From an uncultured bacterium (GTDB taxonomy: Bacteria > Hydrothermota > UBA3073 > NMUJ01 > CBEVQO01): a stretch of 64,000 bases of DNA. Below are positions 60,586-64,000 of the stretch, in pieces. Position 1 is the first letter of the stretch. Each line of letters opens with the position of its first letter. Location of the stretch: contig CBEVQO010000009.1 in assembly GCA_965552055.1 (NCBI GenBank), positions 17,202 to 81,201 of the forward strand, given 5' to 3'. A program made the position numbers and the translations under genes. Below the pieces are notes generated by a model. The model was not told where the DNA came from, ran no database searches, and saw only the letters and a program-made list of their open reading frames with translations.

Positions 60586-61422
60586 ATAATTATTTGAAAA
60601 ACTCCTTATCATTTTCATATTTCGCAAGTCATCCTCATCTGACTTTCTTGGTGTTTCCATTATTCCGGGTAAGTCTTTGAAATGTTCGTAATTCACTATC
60701 TTTCTGAATGCCTTTTTACCTATTTCACCTTTGCCTATATGCCAGTGTCTGTCAACATGTTCACCACACTTAACCTTTGAATCATTCAGATGCAAAACTT
60801 TTAACTTTTTAAATCCTATAATCTCATCAAATTTTTTCATAACTCCTTCAAAATCATTTTTTAAGTCATATCCATATTGAAAAGCATGAGCAATATCCAA
60901 GCAAACACCTATTCTTTCCTTATCTTCAACACCTTCCATTATCTCTGCAAGTTCTTCAAAGCCACCACCTATCTCTGTACCCTGACCGGCTGTATTTTCC
61001 AACAAAAGAATAACTCCATTATCAACTTTATCAAAGGCAAAATTTATTGCATCGGATACAGATTTTAGAGCGCACTTCAAATCCCTATCGAGTCGCCTTC
61101 CACAATGTATTATCAGATATTGGGCACCTAACTTTTCTGACCTTTTTAAATCGTCTATCAAAACATTTATTGACTTCCTGTAAATATCGGGATTACTCGT
61201 TGCAAAATTTGGGAGATAAGGGATATGTGTTATAACAGGAAAAATTCCCGAATTTTTAACATCTTCCCTGAATTTCTCAACATCTTCAAGAATTAAAGGT
61301 TTAGCCTCCCAGCTTCTGGGATTTCTTGTGAATAACTGTATGGTATCGCAACCCAATTTTTTAGCCCTTGGCACAACTTTTGAAAAACCACCCCTTATTG
61401 ATATTTGAAAGCCAAACTTCAT
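60583..61422 (-). CDS. nfo: endonuclease IV
   Basis: IQLFTRNPR, HIPY, LLENTAGQG, CLDIAH, HLNDSK..DRH, METP. Confidence 0.95.
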   Translation of the reverse strand: MKFGFQISIRGGFSKVVPRAKKLGCDTIQLFTRNPRSWEAKPLILEDVEKFREDVKNSGIFPVITHIPYLPNFATSNPDIYRKSINVLIDDLKRSEKLGAQYLIIHCGRRLDRDLKCALKSVSDAINFAFDKVDNGVILLLENTAGQGTEIGGGFEELAEIMEGVEDKERIGVCLDIAHAFQYGYDLKNDFEGVMKKFDEIIGFKKLKVLHLNDSKVKCGEHVDRHWHIGKGEIGKKAFRKIVNYEHFKDLPGIMETPRKSDEDDLRNMKMIRSFSNNY

Positions 61423-62225
61423 TTCGCAAAGAGAAAAGCAATCATAACTATAACGCTACTTATTTTCATCATTTTGTTCAATTTCTTTACTTTGCTTATA
61501 TCAAGCACTACCTTTGGGAAATAAAAACTACACAAAAAAGCAGGCGGAATCGCTATAACAGCGTATAATTTGCTATAAATTCTAAACCATAAAGGCATCA
61601 GTAAAAATATAAAAGAAGCTGAAAAAACGAAATTGGAAAACAACAAAGCGTAATATCTCCCCCATATTATTGGCAATGTTTTATAACCAAATTGTAAATC
61701 GAATTGCGTATCCTCTATATCTTTTATTATCTCTCTGCTGATGTGGAAAAGCAAAGCAACAGAAAAAGGTATCAAAACATCCGTGCTATGCAGAGCAAGA
61801 CCACCATAGAGAAAAGGAGAAGCACCAAGAAATCCAACACAAATATTTCCATCAAACAAATTTTTCTTAAGTTTATAATTGTAAAGGAAAATCAAAAAAG
61901 AGTTAAAAAGTGCAAAAGAAAACATATCCCATCCACCTTTTGCGGAAAAAAACAAACCCGAAATCAAAAGTAAAATTGAAATAACAAGAGCTTTACGGAG
62001 CGAAATTTGACCCGATGGAAGAGGTCTATAGGGTTTTGCAAGTTTATCGAGTTCATAATCAAAAAAATCATTCAAAACATTAGCATAAGATGTTAATAAA
62101 AAGCATGATATTATAGCGAGAAACCATCTCTCATTTATTCTGTGTGAATCTATGAAAGGACAGATAAATATCGCGAACGATGCCAGCAAGCCATTGTGTA
62201 TGCGCAAAAGCCTAAGATATTTCAC
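61419..62225 (-). CDS. UbiA-family prenyltransferase (DGGGP synthase-like)
   Basis: NDFFDYELD..KPYRPLPSG, YNYKLK, REIIKDIED..D...KTLP. Confidence 0.8.
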   Translation of the reverse strand: MKYLRLLRIHNGLLASFAIFICPFIDSHRINERWFLAIISCFLLTSYANVLNDFFDYELDKLAKPYRPLPSGQISLRKALVISILLLISGLFFSAKGGWDMFSFALFNSFLIFLYNYKLKKNLFDGNICVGFLGASPFLYGGLALHSTDVLIPFSVALLFHISREIIKDIEDTQFDLQFGYKTLPIIWGRYYALLFSNFVFSASFIFLLMPLWFRIYSKLYAVIAIPPAFLCSFYFPKVVLDISKVKKLNKMMKISSVIVMIAFLFAK

Positions 62226-63207
62226 AGTTTACTGCCCGCTTCTCTATCAATGATTTTTGTGCCGATTCAAGTATTTTTACAACTTTAAGACCTTCAGTAC
62301 CATCTGTCATTGGTTTTTTCCTTTCTCTTACACACTCTAAAAAGTGTTCACACTCCACACGCAAAGGCTCTTTCATTTCTATTTTAGGGATATAAATATC
62401 ACCTATTCGCAGTGAAAGTGCTTTCTCAAAAGGCACGACCTCAGGCTTATAGTCCACTCCTTTATCGTAAATTATTAATTTATTTTGTGGGTCAACATCA
62501 TCAAAAACAGCCATTTTTTTTGTACCGACAATCGTTATCCTGCGAATTTTATGAGGGTCAAGCCAGCTGACATGTAAATGTCCTATAACTTTATCAGGAA
62601 AGTAAAGTGTGCAAAAAACAACATCTTCCACACCTTCTGTAAGATAGCTCATACCGCTTGCAACTACTTTTTGAGGAAACTTTGAGAGCAAATATATAAA
62701 AACAGAAATATCATGCACTCCGAAACTCCATAAAGCATTTTCATCTACCCTGACCCTGCCAAGATTCACCCTCTGACTGTAAAGATAAAGAATATCTCCG
62801 ATTTCTCCATCTTCAATTAATTTTTTTAACCTTCTTACAACTGGATGATAAACAAGCAGGTGCCCCACCATCAATATTTTGTTTTTCCTTTCTGCAAGTT
62901 TTATCAATTCCTCGCATTGTTTGGATGTTAAAGCAAGTGGCTTTTCTACAAAAACATCTTTGTCTTCTTCCAAACTTTTTTTAGCAATATCATAATGATG
63001 CTTTGCATCTACTGCAACTGCAACGGCTTCTACTTCTTCAAAAAAATCAGAAATATCTGTAAAAAACTTTACATCGGGATATTTTCTTTTTAATTTCTTC
63101 AGTTTTTCTTCATCTTTATCGCAAACAGCTTTTAGCACGCCTATTTCGTAAAAATTGCGGATAAGATTAGGACCCCAGTATCCTGCTCCCACTACTCCTA
63201 TTCTCAT
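62212..63207 (-). CDS. Gfo/Idh/MocA family oxidoreductase
   Basis: GAGYWGPN, VFVEKP, HDIS, SWLDPHK. Confidence 0.9.
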   Translation of the reverse strand: MRIGVVGAGYWGPNLIRNFYEIGVLKAVCDKDEEKLKKLKRKYPDVKFFTDISDFFEEVEAVAVAVDAKHHYDIAKKSLEEDKDVFVEKPLALTSKQCEELIKLAERKNKILMVGHLLVYHPVVRRLKKLIEDGEIGDILYLYSQRVNLGRVRVDENALWSFGVHDISVFIYLLSKFPQKVVASGMSYLTEGVEDVVFCTLYFPDKVIGHLHVSWLDPHKIRRITIVGTKKMAVFDDVDPQNKLIIYDKGVDYKPEVVPFEKALSLRIGDIYIPKIEMKEPLRVECEHFLECVRERKKPMTDGTEGLKVVKILESAQKSLIEKRAVNCEIS

Positions 63208-64000
63208 TTCACAAGTATAATTTTATGAGATTGCGTATTTGTCAAGCTGTTAAATCTGATAAAGTAAACTCCAGACGGTAAATCGATTTCAAATTTCCTG
63301 TGGTAGATACCGGGTAGTGCCTCGCATTTTTCAAGTGATTTCACTTTTCTTCCCGATACATCATACACAGCAATTTCTATTTCTTCTTTTTGTTTTACAG
63401 CATAAATGATATTCAAATATTTTGCAAAAGGCACAGGATAAATCTTCATAATTCCTGTAAATGCAGGCAATAATATATCTTTTAATTCAAATTCTTTTTC
63501 TCCTATTTTAACATTTCCATTTTCATCATACACTGCGAGCTTTACTTTGAATTTTTCTTCATTTTTAACATTTCCAAGGAAGAGCTCAATTGATTTTTCT
63601 TTAAGTTTACCACCGAGTGCAAGTCCATAAACATCTACAAGACTTCCTTTATCGAACACAAATTTTAGCACCGTATCACTCTTATTGCTATTTATCTTTA
63701 CATCTTTTAATTTTACTGCCGTATCTTTTATAATCTGGCAATGTATTGCTATTCCTTTTTCTAACACTGAAATAACAATATGTGCTTCTTTGCCTTCTTT
63801 TTCTCCACTTACAACAATTTCTGTATTCTCACCCGATTCTACTTTTGCAGGTTCTCCGTGATAATAATACCATTCAAACATCTTACAGAATGCCGTTAAA
63901 TCTTTTATATCCAGTTTGCCATCAAAATGCGGAATTAGATAAGGTTCTTTCCCGGTTACAGGTGCGAGCTCACGCTCAACCATGCGATTGTTCCAGACAT
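63204..64000 (-). CDS. secreted protein with C-terminal T9SS type A-like sorting domain; 3' part only
   Basis: IYPVPF..IAVYDVSGRKV..LPSGVYFI..KIILVK; frame open to window edge. Confidence 0.85.
   Translation of the reverse strand, partial: VWNNRMVERELAPVTGKEPYLIPHFDGKLDIKDLTAFCKMFEWYYYHGEPAKVESGENTEIVVSGEKEGKEAHIVISVLEKGIAIHCQIIKDTAVKLKDVKINSNKSDTVLKFVFDKGSLVDVYGLALGGKLKEKSIELFLGNVKNEEKFKVKLAVYDENGNVKIGEKEFELKDILLPAFTGIMKIYPVPFAKYLNIIYAVKQKEEIEIAVYDVSGRKVKSLEKCEALPGIYHRKFEIDLPSGVYFIRFNSLTNTQSHKIILVK

Overview
AT-rich bacterial chromosomal window. The C-terminal T9SS-type sorting domain, OmpA/SPOR lipoproteins and gene style suggest an uncultured diderm lineage such as WOR-3/FCB-like (inference, not proven). 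Housekeeping genes (rsmI, tldD, rdgB, manC, metG, tsaE/tsaB, ackA, eno, rodA, pruA, nfo, 4 tRNAs) alternate with accessory loci. These include: (1) an atypical integron, with an integrase co-oriented with its array, an extra N-terminal domain and an apparent internal deletion, carrying 4 cassettes (AccI-like RM, two PD-(D/E)XK nucleases, membrane protein + GNAT remnant); (2) a Type III RM operon with two unknown genes inside it; (3) a DUF2791 ATPase/AddA-like helicase-nuclease operon preceded by duplicated retropepsin-like proteases; (4) a CheB-less chemosensory operon ending in a NikR-like regulator; (5) amputated toxin-antitoxin remnants. Two non-coding signals stand out. The first is a dispersed, modular element with asymmetric ends (6 copies with both ends plus at least 5 partial copies). 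It starts with TAGCCCCGCCTCC, which often supplies the upstream gene's stop codon, has a G-quadruplex-competent end and covarying internal stems, and sits just upstream of promoters of accessory/defence genes. The second is a window-wide promoter architecture TTGAC(A/T/G)-N15-(T/C)AnnnT with an unusual 15-bp spacer and several apparently leaderless starts. All calls are from reading the sequence; no database searches were run.
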